In this document: positions 32,451 through 44,733 of the stretch, piece after piece
How the letters are laid out: every line of letters starts with the position of its first letter
Position numbering within the stretch: position 1 is the first letter of the stretch
Source of the DNA: Rhodobiaceae bacterium
GTDB lineage: Bacteria > Pseudomonadota > Alphaproteobacteria > RS24
Assembly: GCA_024645085.1 (NCBI GenBank)
Contig: JAHEGN010000010.1
Location: forward strand, 3,045-67,044
Length of the DNA: 64,000 bases
Direction: 5' to 3'
Made by a program: the position numbers and the translations under genes
Notes under the pieces: generated by a model
Database searches by the model: none
Told to the model about the DNA's origin: nothing
The model's input: the letters and a program-made list of their open reading frames with translations, nothing else

Positions 32451-33740
32451 TTAAATGTCTAGGAGTAAACGCTCAGGGGTTTCAAGGCACTCTTTTACGC
32501 GCACTAAAAAGGTCACAGCTTCTTTGCCATCAACAATACGGTGGTCATAGGACAGGGCCAAATACATCATCGGCCGCACCACAACTTCGCCATTAACGGC
32601 CATGGGGCGTTGCTGAATTTTATGCATGCCCAAAATGCCTGACTGCGGCATGTTCAAAATTGGTGTGCTCATCAGCGAGCCATAAACCCCACCATTGGAA
32701 ATGGTGAACGTGCCACCTTGCAAATCATTGATTGCCAATTGCCCATCGCGCGCCTTGCGCCCGTAATTACCAATCGCTTGTTCAATCTCGGCCAGCCCCA
32801 TGTCCTGTACATTGCGCACAACCGGCACCACAAGGCCTTTTTCCGTGCCCACTGCAACGCCCATATTGACGTATTTTTTATAAATGATTTCGTCGCCAGA
32901 GATTTCTGCATTGACCGCCGGAATCTCGCGCAGCGCTGTCACACAGGCACGAACGAAAAAGCCCATAAAGCCGAGGCGCACGCCATATTTCTTTTCGAAC
33001 AGGTCTTTATATTCACTGCGCAAGGCCATGAGCGCGCTCATATCCACTTCATTAAATGTGGTGAGCTGGGCGGCTGTGTTTTGCGATTCTTTCAGACGCG
33101 ACGCAATGGTTTTGCGCAAGCGGGTCATTTTCACCCGCTCCTCTAAGCCGGTCGCAGCCACCGCTGAACTGGCGGCTGGCGCAGCGGCAGAGGCGCTAAC
33201 CGCCTTCGCAGAAGATGGCGTCGCCGTGCCCGATTGCGCCGCTTGCATGGCGTCTTCTTTGGTAATGCGGCCATCCTTGCCGGTGCCGGCAATCATCTCA
33301 GGCGCCAGACCGTGTTCTTCAACCACGCGACGTGCTGCTGGTGACAAATCTTGTGTCGCGGCCGATAGGCCCGCCGACGCCTCTGGGGCCACAACAGGGG
33401 CCACAACTGGGGCTGCAACTGGTGCCGGCTCAGGCGCTGAAGCAGCTTCTGGCGCTGGTGCCGGTTCTGGCGTCGCTTCAACAGCAGGCGCCACAGCCCC
33501 TTGACCTTCGCCAATTGATGCCAAGAGCGCGCCAACCTCGACGGTTTCGCCTTCCTTGGCAATAATTTCAGACAGAACACCGGCAACATGCGCCGGTACT
33601 TCAATCGTCACCTTATCTGTTTCCAATTCGCAAAGCGGCTCGTCGACGCTGACAGCATCGCCGGGTTTTTTATACCATTGCGCAATGGTCGCCTCGGTGA
33701 TTGACTCGCCCAACGCTGGCACACGAATTTCATTCGACAT
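32451..33740 (-). CDS. sucB: 2-oxoglutarate dehydrogenase E2, dihydrolipoyllysine succinyltransferase
   Basis: Lipoyl site [11 protein letters not shown], an Ala/Pro linker, and the catalytic DHRIVDG. Confidence 0.95.
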   Translation of the reverse strand: MSNEIRVPALGESITEATIAQWYKKPGDAVSVDEPLCELETDKVTIEVPAHVAGVLSEIIAKEGETVEVGALLASIGEGQGAVAPAVEATPEPAPAPEAASAPEPAPVAAPVVAPVVAPEASAGLSAATQDLSPAARRVVEEHGLAPEMIAGTGKDGRITKEDAMQAAQSGTATPSSAKAVSASAAAPAASSAVAATGLEERVKMTRLRKTIASRLKESQNTAAQLTTFNEVDMSALMALRSEYKDLFEKKYGVRLGFMGFFVRACVTALREIPAVNAEISGDEIIYKKYVNMGVAVGTEKGLVVPVVRNVQDMGLAEIEQAIGNYGRKARDGQLAINDLQGGTFTISNGGVYGSLMSTPILNMPQSGILGMHKIQQRPMAVNGEVVVRPMMYLALSYDHRIVDGKEAVTFLVRVKECLETPERLLLDI

Positions 33741-33751
33741 GGTGGTCTCCC

Positions 33752-36736
33752 TTAAGGTTTAGCAATTGGATCACTCAAAGCAGCCGCTAAAAAAGCATCG
33801 CGTTCTTGTAAATGGCGGCTCATCAGCCCGCTGGCTGTTGAGGCACCGGCACGACGACCCGTATAGGTCGGTCGCTTGTGTTTGGCATCCAAAGACACCA
33901 ACACATTTTCAATTTCAGGTTCAATATAACTCCACGCCCCCATATTGCGCGGCTCTTCTTGGCACCAGACCATTTCGGCATGGGCATAAGGTTCCAGCTC
34001 AGCCAAGAGCGGACCGACCGGGAATGGGTAAAGCTGTTCAACGCGCATAATATAGACATCATCAATGCCCGCCTTCTCACGCGCTTCCAGCAGATCAAAA
34101 TAGACTTTGCCCGAACACATGACCACGCGGCGAATGTCCTTGGCTGGACGCAAACCGCCTTCAAGACGCGCATCCATATTGTCCCATAAAACGCGATGGA
34201 AACTGCTGCCGGGCTCAAAATCCACCAAATCAGAGACGCATTTTTTATGCCGCAATAATGATTTCGGTGTCATCAGCACCAATGGTTTGCGGAAATTGCG
34301 TTTCAACTGGCGGCGTAAAATATGGAAATAATTGGCCGGTGTTGTGCAATTGGCCACTTGCATATTTTCCTCAGCGCATAATTGCAAATAACGCTCAAGC
34401 CGGGCTGAGCTATGTTCCGGCCCCTGGCCTTCATAGCCATGCGGCAATAACATCACCAGACCCGACATGCGCAACCATTTGATTTCACCCGAGGCAATAA
34501 ATTGGTCAACAATCACCTGCGCGCCATTGGCGAAGTCACCAAATTGCGCCTCCCACAGCACCAAAGCATTGGGCTCAGCCAGACTATAGCCATATTCAAA
34601 GCCCAAAACCGCGGCCTCTGACAACATCGTATTGACCACTTCAAACAGCGCTTGGTCTTCGCGAATATATTTCAATGGTTTGTAACGGCGCTCAGTTTGC
34701 TGATCAATCCAAGCCGAATGGCGCTGCGAAAAGGTGCCGCGCTCACTATCTTGCCCCGACAAACGCACTGGATAACCCTCCAGCACCAATGAGCCAAAGG
34801 CCAAGGCTTCGCCGGTAGCCCAGTCAAAACCTGTGCCGGTTTCAAACATCTCCTGCTTGGCTTTAAGCTGGCGCACCAAGGCTTTATGCAAGTTGAAATT
34901 CTCCGGCACGCGCACAAGGCCCTGGCCGATTTCCAACAGCATATCGCGTTCGACACCGGTTTCGCCGCGGACAAAGTCATCAGCCGCATTTTTCTTTTCA
35001 AGACCCGTCCATTTGCCGTCGAGCCAATCAGCCTTATTGGGCTTGAAATTATTGGCCGCCTCAAAAGCCACGTCGAGCACCGCGCGATAATCGCTAATGG
35101 CGCGCTCCGTCTCGGTTTCGGTCATCACCCCTTCGGTCACCAGACGGCGGGCATATTTTTTCACCACGGTCTCATGGGTCTTAATTTTCGCATACATGGT
35201 CGGCTGGGTGAAGGCTGGCTCATCGCCCTCATTATGGCCGTGACGGCGATAGCAGAACATGTCAATGACCACAGGCTTTAGGAATTTTTGGCGGAATTCC
35301 GTCGCCACTTTGGCGGCAAAAACCACCGCCTCTGGGTCATCGCCATTGACGTGGAAAATCGGCGCCTCAACCATTTTTGCCACATCTGATGGATATGGCG
35401 ACGAGCGCGAAAAGCGTGGATTTGTGGTGAAGCCAATCTGATTGTTCACGATAAAGTGAATCGAGCCACCAGCCTTATGGCCGATCAGCCCCGACAGGCC
35501 AAAACACTCCGCCACAATGCCCTGTCCGGCAAAGGCCGCATCGCCGTGTAATAAAAGCGGAATCACTTTGCCGCGGTCAGACATTGCCCGTGGGTTGGGC
35601 TTGAATTGATCTTGCTTGGCCCGCGCCTTGCCCAACACCACCGGATCGACCGCCTCCAAATGCGACGGATTGGCGGTCAGCGATAAATGCACTTGATTGC
35701 CGTCAAACTCGCGGTCAGAAGAAGCACCAAGGTGATATTTCACATCGCCCGACCCTTCAATGTCGTCAGGGTTGGATGAACCGCCCTTGAATTCATGGAA
35801 CAGGGCCGAAAATGGCTTGCCCATAACATTGGTCAAAACGTTCAAACGGCCACGGTGCGGCATGCCGAGAACAATTTCCTCAACCCCCAAATTACCGCCG
35901 CGCTTGATGATTTGTTCCAACGCCGGAATCATCGCTTCACCGCCATCAAGGCCAAAGCGCTTGGTGCCGGTATATTTGACATCAATAAATTTCTCGAGGC
36001 CTTCCGACTCCACCAATTTCTGGAAAATCGCCCGCTTGCCTTCATCGGTAAAAGCGATTTCTTTATCCGGCCCCTCAATGCGCTCTTGCAGCCAGGCTTT
36101 TTCTTCCGGATCGGAAATATGCATGAACTCAAGGGCCACTGTGCCGCAATAAGTGCGCCGCAAAATTGCCAGCATTTCATTAATTGTCGCCGTCTCAAGC
36201 CCCAGCACATTATCAATGAAAATCGGCCGGTCGAAATCAGCCGCTGTAAAACCGTAGGATATTGGGTCTAACTCAGGGTGGCTGGCCGGTGGCTCAAGCC
36301 GCAGCGGGTCAAGGTCGGCCGCCAAATGACCGCGAAAACGATAGGCGCGGATCATCATAATGGCGCGCACAGAATCGAGTGTTGCGGCGCGAATACTGGC
36401 GGTGTCATTGACCCCCATATGGGTTTCGATTTTTTGCGCTAATTTGGCCTGGTCAATGGTGTCATCAAACCAATTGCCATCAAGCGCTGAGGTCATTTCG
36501 CCATTAACGGTTGGTGGCCAGTCATGCCGCTGCCAGCTCGGCAATTGCGGTGCCGCGCCACTGCCGCCATCGGCTGCTTCCATTTGACGAAAATAGGCCA
36601 CCCAACTCGCGTCCAGACTTGGGTCTCCGGCCTTAAATCGACCATAGACTTGTTCCAAATAAATAGCGTTAGAGCCGTCGAGCAGACCATCAATCTGGTC
36701 TGGCGTTAAATCCTTCTGGGGACTGTCTTCTGCCAA
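33752..36736 (-). CDS. sucA: 2-oxoglutarate dehydrogenase E1
   Basis: 994 aa with full-length SucA similarity ([17 protein letters not shown]). Confidence 0.97.
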   Translation of the reverse strand: MAEDSPQKDLTPDQIDGLLDGSNAIYLEQVYGRFKAGDPSLDASWVAYFRQMEAADGGSGAAPQLPSWQRHDWPPTVNGEMTSALDGNWFDDTIDQAKLAQKIETHMGVNDTASIRAATLDSVRAIMMIRAYRFRGHLAADLDPLRLEPPASHPELDPISYGFTAADFDRPIFIDNVLGLETATINEMLAILRRTYCGTVALEFMHISDPEEKAWLQERIEGPDKEIAFTDEGKRAIFQKLVESEGLEKFIDVKYTGTKRFGLDGGEAMIPALEQIIKRGGNLGVEEIVLGMPHRGRLNVLTNVMGKPFSALFHEFKGGSSNPDDIEGSGDVKYHLGASSDREFDGNQVHLSLTANPSHLEAVDPVVLGKARAKQDQFKPNPRAMSDRGKVIPLLLHGDAAFAGQGIVAECFGLSGLIGHKAGGSIHFIVNNQIGFTTNPRFSRSSPYPSDVAKMVEAPIFHVNGDDPEAVVFAAKVATEFRQKFLKPVVIDMFCYRRHGHNEGDEPAFTQPTMYAKIKTHETVVKKYARRLVTEGVMTETETERAISDYRAVLDVAFEAANNFKPNKADWLDGKWTGLEKKNAADDFVRGETGVERDMLLEIGQGLVRVPENFNLHKALVRQLKAKQEMFETGTGFDWATGEALAFGSLVLEGYPVRLSGQDSERGTFSQRHSAWIDQQTERRYKPLKYIREDQALFEVVNTMLSEAAVLGFEYGYSLAEPNALVLWEAQFGDFANGAQVIVDQFIASGEIKWLRMSGLVMLLPHGYEGQGPEHSSARLERYLQLCAEENMQVANCTTPANYFHILRRQLKRNFRKPLVLMTPKSLLRHKKCVSDLVDFEPGSSFHRVLWDNMDARLEGGLRPAKDIRRVVMCSGKVYFDLLEAREKAGIDDVYIMRVEQLYPFPVGPLLAELEPYAHAEMVWCQEEPRNMGAWSYIEPEIENVLVSLDAKHKRPTYTGRRAGASTASGLMSRHLQERDAFLAAALSDPIAKP

Positions 36737-36822
36737 TTTTAATTCCGATAGAAAAGTGTGACCATAAGGTCAGTTTACCCGAATTCCCGCGCATTGCCAT
36801 AGACTAGTGGCAATTTTGCGAC

Positions 36823-37698
36823 CTATTTATTCAAAACGTCGACCAAAGTTTTACCAAGTGATGCCGGCGATGGTGACACATGGATGCCAGCTGAACGCAT
36901 GGCTTCCATTTTGTCTTCCGCCCCGCCTTTGCCACCGGCAATAATCGCGCCAGCATGACCCATACGACGACCCGGAGGGGCCGTCACACCGGCAATAAAG
37001 CCGACCATAGGTTTTTTCACTTTTGAGGCCTTCAAAAACTCGGCTGCTTCTTCTTCTGCCGAACCGCCAATCTCACCAATCATGATGATGCTTTCGGTTT
37101 CGTCATCTGCAAGGAACATGTCCAAGCAGTCGATAAAATTGGTGCCATTGACTGGGTCGCCGCCAATACCAATACAGGTCGACTGGCCAAGCCCTTCGGC
37201 GGTTGTTTGCGCCACAGCTTCATAGGTCAATGTGCCTGAACGCGACACAATACCAACCGAACCGCGACGGTGAATATGACCCGGCATAATGCCAATTTTA
37301 CATTCATCCGGCGTAATCACGCCCGGGCAGTTCGGCCCAACCAGACGTGTGTTCGAGCCTTGCAAGGCGCGTTTCACGCGGATCATATCAGTGACCGGAA
37401 TACCTTCCGTAATGCACACAGCCAATTCAATACCGGCTGCAATGGCTTCCAAAATCGCGTCAGCGGCAAATGGTGGCGGCACATAAATAGCCGATGCCGT
37501 GGCGCCGGTTTTGGCAACCGCGTCCTCGACCGTGTCAAACACAGGCAAATCCAAATGCCTATCGCCACCCCGGCCCGGTGTCACACCGCCAACCATTTTC
37601 GTGCCATAGGCAATCGCTTGCTCTGAGTGGAATGTGCCTTGCGAGCCAGTGAAGCCCTGACAAATAACTTTCGTATCTTTATTGACCAACACAGACAT
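36823..37698 (-). CDS. sucD: Succinyl-CoA ligase alpha subunit
   Basis: [11 protein letters not shown] and the phospho-His loop MGHAGAII. Confidence 0.97.
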   Translation of the reverse strand: MSVLVNKDTKVICQGFTGSQGTFHSEQAIAYGTKMVGGVTPGRGGDRHLDLPVFDTVEDAVAKTGATASAIYVPPPFAADAILEAIAAGIELAVCITEGIPVTDMIRVKRALQGSNTRLVGPNCPGVITPDECKIGIMPGHIHRRGSVGIVSRSGTLTYEAVAQTTAEGLGQSTCIGIGGDPVNGTNFIDCLDMFLADDETESIIMIGEIGGSAEEEAAEFLKASKVKKPMVGFIAGVTAPPGRRMGHAGAIIAGGKGGAEDKMEAMRSAGIHVSPSPASLGKTLVDVLNK

Positions 37699-38867
37699 TA
37701 TGCAGCCTCCTTCACGGCAGCGACAATTTTTTCGGCTGCGTCATTCAAATCATCGGCTGGAATAATCGTAAGACCCGATTCCGCCAGAATTTTCTTACCT
37801 AATTCAACATTAGTACCGGCCAAACGCACCACTAGTGGCACTGCCAATTGGGTTTCGCGCGCCGCCGCGACCACGCCTTCGGCAATAACGTCACAGCGCA
37901 TAATACCGCCAAAAATATTCACCAAAATGCCTTCAACTGAATCATCCGACATGATGATTTTAAAGGCTTCGGTCACTTTTTCTTTCGTTGCACCGCCGCC
38001 AACATCAAGGAAGTTTGCAGGCTCAGCGCCGTATAATTTAATAATATCCATAGTCGCCATAGCCAAGCCCGCGCCATTAACCATGCAGCCAATTTGGCCG
38101 TCGAGCTTGATATAGCTGAGGTCAAATTCAGAGGCTTTCACTTCGGCTGGATCTTCTTCCGCCAAATCGCGCAATTCCATAATTTCTTTATGGCGATAAA
38201 GCGCATTGCTATCAAAATTGACTTTGGCATCGAGGCAAATCAAATCACCAGCGCCCGTCACCACAAGCGGATTGATTTCCAGAAGCGACATGTCTTTCTC
38301 GACAAAGCAATTGTAAAGATTGCTAATCAGCTTGGTCGCTTGCTTGACCTGCTCGCCTTCAAGGCCCAAGGCATAAGCTATTTGGCGACCATGATGACCT
38401 GAGATTCCGCCAGCAGGGTCGACGCTCACGGTGAGGATTTTTTCCGGCGTATTTTCCGCCACTTCTTCAATATCCATACCGCCTTCGGTCGAGGCGATGA
38501 AAGAGACACGCGAAGTCGCGCGGTCAACCAATGCAGAGAGATAAAGTTCACGGGCAATATCTGAGCCATCTTCGACATAAATACGTCCCACTTCGCGGCC
38601 TTCCGGGCCAGTCTGATGGGTAATCAATGTCATGCCAAGCATGCGTTCGGCTTCGCTGCGCACCTCATCAAGAGATTTGACAACCTTCACGCCGCCGCCT
38701 TTACCGCGACCGCCTGCGTGAATTTGCGCTTTCACGACCCAAACCGGCCCACCCAATTTTTCTGCTACTTTGACAGCCTCATCAGCTGTAAAAGCGACAC
38801 CACCTTGAGGTACGGGCACGCCATACTCTTTTAAGACCTGCTTGGCCTGATATTCGTGAATATTCAT
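37698..38867 (-). CDS. sucC: Succinyl-CoA ligase beta subunit
   Basis: [19 protein letters not shown]. Its stop overlaps the sucD ATG by 1 nt. Confidence 0.97.
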   Translation of the reverse strand: MNIHEYQAKQVLKEYGVPVPQGGVAFTADEAVKVAEKLGGPVWVVKAQIHAGGRGKGGGVKVVKSLDEVRSEAERMLGMTLITHQTGPEGREVGRIYVEDGSDIARELYLSALVDRATSRVSFIASTEGGMDIEEVAENTPEKILTVSVDPAGGISGHHGRQIAYALGLEGEQVKQATKLISNLYNCFVEKDMSLLEINPLVVTGAGDLICLDAKVNFDSNALYRHKEIMELRDLAEEDPAEVKASEFDLSYIKLDGQIGCMVNGAGLAMATMDIIKLYGAEPANFLDVGGGATKEKVTEAFKIIMSDDSVEGILVNIFGGIMRCDVIAEGVVAAARETQLAVPLVVRLAGTNVELGKKILAESGLTIIPADDLNDAAEKIVAAVKEAA

Positions 38868-38920
38868 GTGATTCTATCCGCTCTGTTAAATAGTGAGCGA
38901 ACGCTACATTAAGGATGCGC

Positions 38921-40036
38921 CTATCTCAACACTAATTTCGGCTGATTGAGGATAATTTGGCGTTTTTCGTCGTTTTCGCCATCATCCAAAGCCGGTAGCT
39001 CAATATGCGTGCCATCCGTGGCCATGACCACACCGTCTGGGCGCACATCGTCAACGCCGCGCATGAAAATTCTCTCGACCAGCTGGTTTTGTGGCACTGG
39101 CGCATAATGCGAGAACACCAGCATGCCAGCATTGGCCTCATTGGCGGCAGCGGCGGCATCAACTGGCGAAGTGTGATAATCCAGCGTGTCCATAATCAAC
39201 TGGCCGAGTTTTTCTTGCCCAGCTTTTTGTAATGTTTCTGACGTCAAGCGCACCAAATAGGGCTGCAGAACTTCATGCACAATGATATCGGCATTTTGCG
39301 CGGCGGCAATCAAATTGCCGTCCTTGGTTGTATCGCCGCTGATCACCACAGAGCGGCCGCGATAATCAAATCGATAGCCATAGGAAGGCTCAATCGGCGG
39401 GTGATTGACGCGAAACGCCGACACCGTCACATCGCCGTCTTGATAGACTGTGATCATACCTTTTTCTGGCGCGCGAAACCCATGCGCCTTCAGGCCCGAG
39501 GTCTTGCTTGGCATAATCTCTTCGCCGTGATGGCCGGTGCGATACCCGTAATCAAGCCCATAGGCCATATTAAACCCATCGACCACTTGGTCGACACCGG
39601 GGCCACCATAGACATGCATTTTACTGTCGCGCCCGCGCGCCCAGCTGGCCAAATGTAATTCGCCGAGCGAGGAAATATGGTCGGAATGGAAATGCGTTAA
39701 AAACACCGCATCGAGACGTCCGACCGGCAGGCCGAGACCGGTCAACACATCGGTTGACCGCGCACCTGAGTCGACAATGAAAAACTTGTCACCAGCTAGA
39801 ATAGCGGTGCAGCTTTGCGCCCGCCCACGCCCCATTGGCGAGGCTGTGCCACAAAACACGACGTCGATTTTATCGCCGCCATAATTGTCACTATTTTGCG
39901 ACAACACACGCGCTAAGGCGCGTTCTACCAACCAATCCTGCGCTGTTTGATTATTCATAATAATCGCCCGCCCGGCGATTACCACGGCAACAACCACGAC
40001 GACAGCAATGATTATTCGTTTTCCAATTTTCGACAT
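38921..40036 (-). CDS. Membrane-anchored MBL-fold metallo-hydrolase (RNase Z/ElaC-like fold), function unknown
   Basis: HFHSDH metal motif and an N-terminal TM helix (IIIAVVVVVAVVIAG). The start is set to the ATG at 40036 (GGAGG 6 nt upstream). Confidence 0.75.
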   Translation of the reverse strand: MSKIGKRIIIAVVVVVAVVIAGRAIIMNNQTAQDWLVERALARVLSQNSDNYGGDKIDVVFCGTASPMGRGRAQSCTAILAGDKFFIVDSGARSTDVLTGLGLPVGRLDAVFLTHFHSDHISSLGELHLASWARGRDSKMHVYGGPGVDQVVDGFNMAYGLDYGYRTGHHGEEIMPSKTSGLKAHGFRAPEKGMITVYQDGDVTVSAFRVNHPPIEPSYGYRFDYRGRSVVISGDTTKDGNLIAAAQNADIIVHEVLQPYLVRLTSETLQKAGQEKLGQLIMDTLDYHTSPVDAAAAANEANAGMLVFSHYAPVPQNQLVERIFMRGVDDVRPDGVVMATDGTHIELPALDDGENDEKRQIILNQPKLVLR

Positions 40037-40094
40037 GATTGCCTCCATTTTGTTATTTGGTATTCTGACACCCCTAGTGTCAATTGAAAAAAGG

Positions 40095-40121
40095 CAAAAA
40101 AAAGGCCGTCTCCGGCCTTTT
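40095..40121 (-). terminator. Rho-independent terminator after mdh (bidirectional hairpin)
   Basis: The minus strand reads GGCCG-gaga-CGGCC followed by T8-9. The plus strand has T5 after the same stem. Confidence 0.7.
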
Positions 40122-40137
40122 TCCTTATCTTCTGAAC

Positions 40138-41109
<972 letters not shown>

Positions 41110-41163
41110 CTATGAAGTAAATATGATGGCTGTGACCTAGCGCGTTTAGACGAAAAGTGCAAG

Positions 41164-42312
41164 TCAGAGCGCGTCATCGGCGACCGCGCTGGCATGCGCC
41201 AAAGCCAAATATTCTTGGCTCTGCATTTCCATCAAACGCGAAACCGTTCGCTCAAATTCAAAAGCCCCGTCACCGGCTGGATATAAATCTTGCGGCGCCC
41301 CATCAGCGGTCACCAAAAGTTTCACCTTGGCCTCATAAAGCGCATCAATCAGCGTCACAAAACGCACGGCTTCATTGCGCTTATCTTTTTGCAGACGCGG
41401 AATATTATCTATCAACACTGTGTGAAAATGCCCGGCCAAAGCCAAATAATCAGCCGCGCCACGTGCCGCCACGCACAACTCATCGAAACTCAACCGCGCC
41501 ACACCACCAGCCGCTTGCGCAATTGCCAGTGTTCGGCCCGCCAAATCTAATTGCATGGGGGCGGCTTGCACGCCCTCGGTCAAAGCCGCAAAGCGCTCAT
41601 CAAGGGCGCGACGCGCAGATGGCCCACAGGGCGAAAACCACACAGGCTTGGCCTGCAACCGCGCCAAGCGATAATCCGCCGCCGCCTGCAATTCCAAAAC
41701 ATCGAGGCGGGCTTTCAGCAAATCAATAAAGGGCTCAAACCGATGCCGGTTCAAACCGCCCTTATATAAATCATCCGGCGGACGGTTCGACGTCGCCACC
41801 ATGACAATCCCACGGTCGAGCAAGAGCGAGAATAAACGCCCTAAAATCGACGCATCGGCAATGTCTTTGACTTGAAACTCGTCAAAACATAAAAGCTGCG
41901 CCTCGCTGGCAATTTGTTTGGCAATATGCGGCATTGGATCGCCGATTTTTTCATTGGCCTGACGAAAGGCATGAATGCGCTGATGGGTTTCTTGCATAAA
42001 GGCATGAAAATGTACGCGGCGCTTGGCGGCGATTGGCGCTATGTCAAAAAACAAATCCATCAACATGGATTTGCCGCGCCCGACAGCGCCATAAATATAA
42101 ATCCCCGACGGCCGATGGCTGACTGGCTTGGCGCGCGGCAAAAGCCGACGCAAAAGCGGCCTTGGTTTTTGTTGCTTCAAGGCTTGGCACAAATCATCCA
42201 ATTGCACCGCCGCATGTGCTTGTGCCGCATCGGCCTTAATATGGCCGTCGTTCACCAAAGTCTGATAACGGTCTACGACCGAAGTCGCAGCATTGGAAGA
42301 TGAAGCATCCAT
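41164..42312 (-). CDS. zapE: AFG1-like ATPase ZapE
   Basis: Walker A GAVGRGKSMLMD in the conserved position beside mdh. The start is either the ATG at 42312 or the TTG at 42321 directly after the upstream stop. Confidence 0.86.
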   Translation of the reverse strand: MDASSSNAATSVVDRYQTLVNDGHIKADAAQAHAAVQLDDLCQALKQQKPRPLLRRLLPRAKPVSHRPSGIYIYGAVGRGKSMLMDLFFDIAPIAAKRRVHFHAFMQETHQRIHAFRQANEKIGDPMPHIAKQIASEAQLLCFDEFQVKDIADASILGRLFSLLLDRGIVMVATSNRPPDDLYKGGLNRHRFEPFIDLLKARLDVLELQAAADYRLARLQAKPVWFSPCGPSARRALDERFAALTEGVQAAPMQLDLAGRTLAIAQAAGGVARLSFDELCVAARGAADYLALAGHFHTVLIDNIPRLQKDKRNEAVRFVTLIDALYEAKVKLLVTADGAPQDLYPAGDGAFEFERTVSRLMEMQSQEYLALAHASAVADDAL

Positions 42313-42321
42313 AGACTGCAA

Positions 42322-43506
42322 TTATAACCCTAAGGCCAGCTTGGCAAGAATATTGCGCTGCACTTCACTGGAGCCGCCATAAATCGTCGCCGCCCGATTG
42401 TTCAAATAATCCGGCATAAACTTCATGGTCGCTTCTGGCCCAGCTGGTTTTTGATTATTGCCCATCTCGCGCAAATGCTGTTGCCACGGGGCGGCATAAA
42501 TGCCCAAAGCTTCAATCGCCAATTCATCAATCGCCTGCTGCACCTCAGTGCCCATGACTTTCAATTGCGATGAAGCAGCACCGGGCGACTGACCGGCAGC
42601 CAGCGCCGCTTGCACGCGAAACTCCGTCATTTCAATGGCCTGCACGCGCACACTAATTTCACCAAAGCGCCGCTGCATGGCCTCTGATTGGTCGGGGTCA
42701 ATATCGTCAATTAATTGTTTTAATTGCGTTAATCGGGTTCCCAAACGAGCCGCATAAGCGGCGCTGCGTTCAAAAGTCAGCAGGGTTTTGGCCACCGTCC
42801 AGCCGTCATTTTCTTCGCCAACAATTTGCTCAACTGGCACCCGCACATTGTCAAAGAACACTTGATTGACCTCATGGTCACCCGCCAGTGTGATAATCGG
42901 CGCCACGCTAATGCCGGGCGTGTCCATCTCAATCAGTAAAAAGCTAATGCCCTGCTGTGGCTTGCCGGTTTTTTGTGTCCGCACAAGACAGAAAATATGC
43001 GTCGCATGTTGCGCATAGCTGGTCCAAATTTTTGACCCATTAATCACATAGTCATCGCCATCGCGCACAGCTTGGCATTGCAGGCTGGCCAAATCTGAAC
43101 CCGAGCCCGGCTCCGAATAGCCCTGACACCAAATATCCTCGCCCGACAAAAGCCGTGGTAAATATTTTTCTTGTTGTTGCTTGGTGCCGCAAACCGTCAA
43201 TGTTGGGCCAATCATCCCCAAGCCCATTGGATAAAGACGCGGGGCATTGGCGCGGGCGCATTCATTAATCCAAATATAACGCTGCATATCGCTCCACCCC
43301 GTGCCGCCAAACGCCACCGGCCAATTGGGAGCGACCCAGCCCTTATCGTGCAATATTTTGTGCCAGCGCATGGTCTGTTCATGGTCGCCGCATATGCCGC
43401 TGGCCAGTTCACCGGCGCGGCGCAAATCTGCGTCTAAATGATCGTCAAGAAACTGCCGCACATCGCTGCGGAATATGTCGTCTTCAGCGGTTAAATTAAT
43501 TTGCAT
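42322..43506 (-). CDS. Acyl-CoA dehydrogenase family protein
   Basis: 394 aa with the ACAD layout and the C-terminal IYGGSSEVQRNILA motif. Confidence 0.87.
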   Translation of the reverse strand: MQINLTAEDDIFRSDVRQFLDDHLDADLRRAGELASGICGDHEQTMRWHKILHDKGWVAPNWPVAFGGTGWSDMQRYIWINECARANAPRLYPMGLGMIGPTLTVCGTKQQQEKYLPRLLSGEDIWCQGYSEPGSGSDLASLQCQAVRDGDDYVINGSKIWTSYAQHATHIFCLVRTQKTGKPQQGISFLLIEMDTPGISVAPIITLAGDHEVNQVFFDNVRVPVEQIVGEENDGWTVAKTLLTFERSAAYAARLGTRLTQLKQLIDDIDPDQSEAMQRRFGEISVRVQAIEMTEFRVQAALAAGQSPGAASSQLKVMGTEVQQAIDELAIEALGIYAAPWQQHLREMGNNQKPAGPEATMKFMPDYLNNRAATIYGGSSEVQRNILAKLALGL

Positions 43507-43549
43507 GTGAAATCTCCCGCTCAGACTTTACGGGCATCTTTTGGCGCGG

Positions 43550-44212
43550 TCAAACGTCCTTATCGGCCGTTTTCAGCAACCAGCTCATGACCCAGAGAGC
43601 CAGCAAAGCGCCTAGAATTTGCGCGCCCCAAAAGCCCGGCATATCGACCGGCCGAATACCGGCAAAACTATCGCTATAGCCGCGCGCCAAGGTCACCGCC
43701 GGATTGGCAAAACTGGTCGAGGAGGTGAACCAATAGCCAGCCGAAATATACAGGCCGACCAACATTGGCACGGCCTCGGCGCGAAACTTCACACCGGCCA
43801 AAATCGTTGCCACTAGACCAAAGGTCGCCACCGCCTCGCCAATCCACTGACCGGTGCCGCTACGCATATTCAGCGACGCCGTCAACAGCGGCAAATCAAA
43901 CATCGCATGGGCCAATATTGTGCCGCACAGGCCGCCGGCGCTTTGTACCAGAATGAATCCAATCAGATAATTCAGCGTGATATCCTTGCGCAGAAAAAAT
44001 ACCAAGCTCACCGCCGGATTAAAATGCGCCCCCGATATCGGCCCCAATATGGTGATTAAAACATAGAGTATGGCACCGGTCGCTAATGTGTTGCCAAGCA
44101 GAGCAACGGCATTATTTCCATCGGCCATATTGACCGCCATAATGCCAGAGCCAATCACCACACAGACCAGTAAAAGCGTGCCGAGAAATTCGGCGAACAG
44201 ACAACGTGCCAT
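43550..44212 (-). CDS. MIP-family aquaglyceroporin (AqpS/GlpF-like, probable arsenite channel)
   Basis: Two NPA boxes (HFNPAVSL, FANPAVTLAR). The start is set to the ATG at 44212, which is 5 nt after the arsC stop with GAGGAG as its SD. Confidence 0.85.
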   Translation of the reverse strand: MARCLFAEFLGTLLLVCVVIGSGIMAVNMADGNNAVALLGNTLATGAILYVLITILGPISGAHFNPAVSLVFFLRKDITLNYLIGFILVQSAGGLCGTILAHAMFDLPLLTASLNMRSGTGQWIGEAVATFGLVATILAGVKFRAEAVPMLVGLYISAGYWFTSSTSFANPAVTLARGYSDSFAGIRPVDMPGFWGAQILGALLALWVMSWLLKTADKDV

Positions 44213-44216
44213 AGGC

Positions 44217-44654
44217 TCACTCCTCAGGGGTATCTTGCACCGCCAAAAAGTCATCAAGGCGGGTTTTAATCATAGCAAAAACCGCTTCAAAATGTTGCTT
44301 TTGCTCGGCTTCGCTGCCAATAAATTTGGCCGGATCAGGGAATGGCCAATGATAGGTCGTCGGGTGACCGGGCCAAATCGGGCAAGCCTCGCCAGCTGCA
44401 TTATCGCAAACCGTTATAATGACATCCATAGTCGGGGCTTGTGGCGTGGCAAATTCATCCCATGATTTAGAGCGCACATAAGACGCGTCAATATCATGCG
44501 CCGCCAAGGTCGCCACCGCTTGCTGATGCACGGCACCCGTGGGCGAGCTGCCAGCGCTAAAGCCGCGCCAGTTTTGCGACGCCGCATTGAGATAGGCCTC
44601 AGCTAGAACCGAACGACAGCTATTGCCAGTGCAAAGAAACAGAATATTTTTCAT
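44217..44654 (-). CDS. arsC: Arsenate reductase, LMW-PTP (thioredoxin-coupled) type
   Basis: LCTGNSCRS P-loop plus the downstream Cys pair in TVCDNAAGEACP. Confidence 0.88.
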   Translation of the reverse strand: MKNILFLCTGNSCRSVLAEAYLNAASQNWRGFSAGSSPTGAVHQQAVATLAAHDIDASYVRSKSWDEFATPQAPTMDVIITVCDNAAGEACPIWPGHPTTYHWPFPDPAKFIGSEAEQKQHFEAVFAMIKTRLDDFLAVQDTPEE

Positions 44655-44661
44655 CTGACCC

Positions 44662-44706
44662 TAATAAAAGCCCCGCATGACAGTTTTGTGACATGTCATG
44701 CGGGGC
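44662..44706 (-). terminator. Rho-independent terminator after sdhB
   Basis: The minus strand has a perfect 13-bp stem, GCCCCGCATGACA-11 nt-TGTCATGCGGGGC, followed by TTTTATT. The U-tract ends 7 nt before the arsC ATG. Confidence 0.75.
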
Positions 44707-44733
44707 ATAATAGCTTGAAACGACAGTCGGCGC

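Noticed and set aside
33340-33500. Repetitive Ala/Pro-rich coding DNA in sucB ([26 protein letters not shown]).
   Set aside because: This is the normal flexible linker between the lipoyl and catalytic domains of E2 proteins. It is not a repeat element.
31478-33504. Plus-strand ORFs of 184-206 aa antisense to lpdA and sucB.
   Set aside because: They are shadow ORFs inside strongly supported E3 and E2 genes, with low-complexity Ala/Ser/Pro/Arg content.
36737-36822. The 86-nt sucD-sucA spacer, checked for a tRNA or small RNA gene.
   Set aside because: It has no cloverleaf elements: no GTTCGAATC-like T-loop and no acceptor pairing. It contains only two short hairpins (TTGCCA...TGGCAA and GACC-ttat-GGTC), consistent with an ordinary intercistronic spacer.
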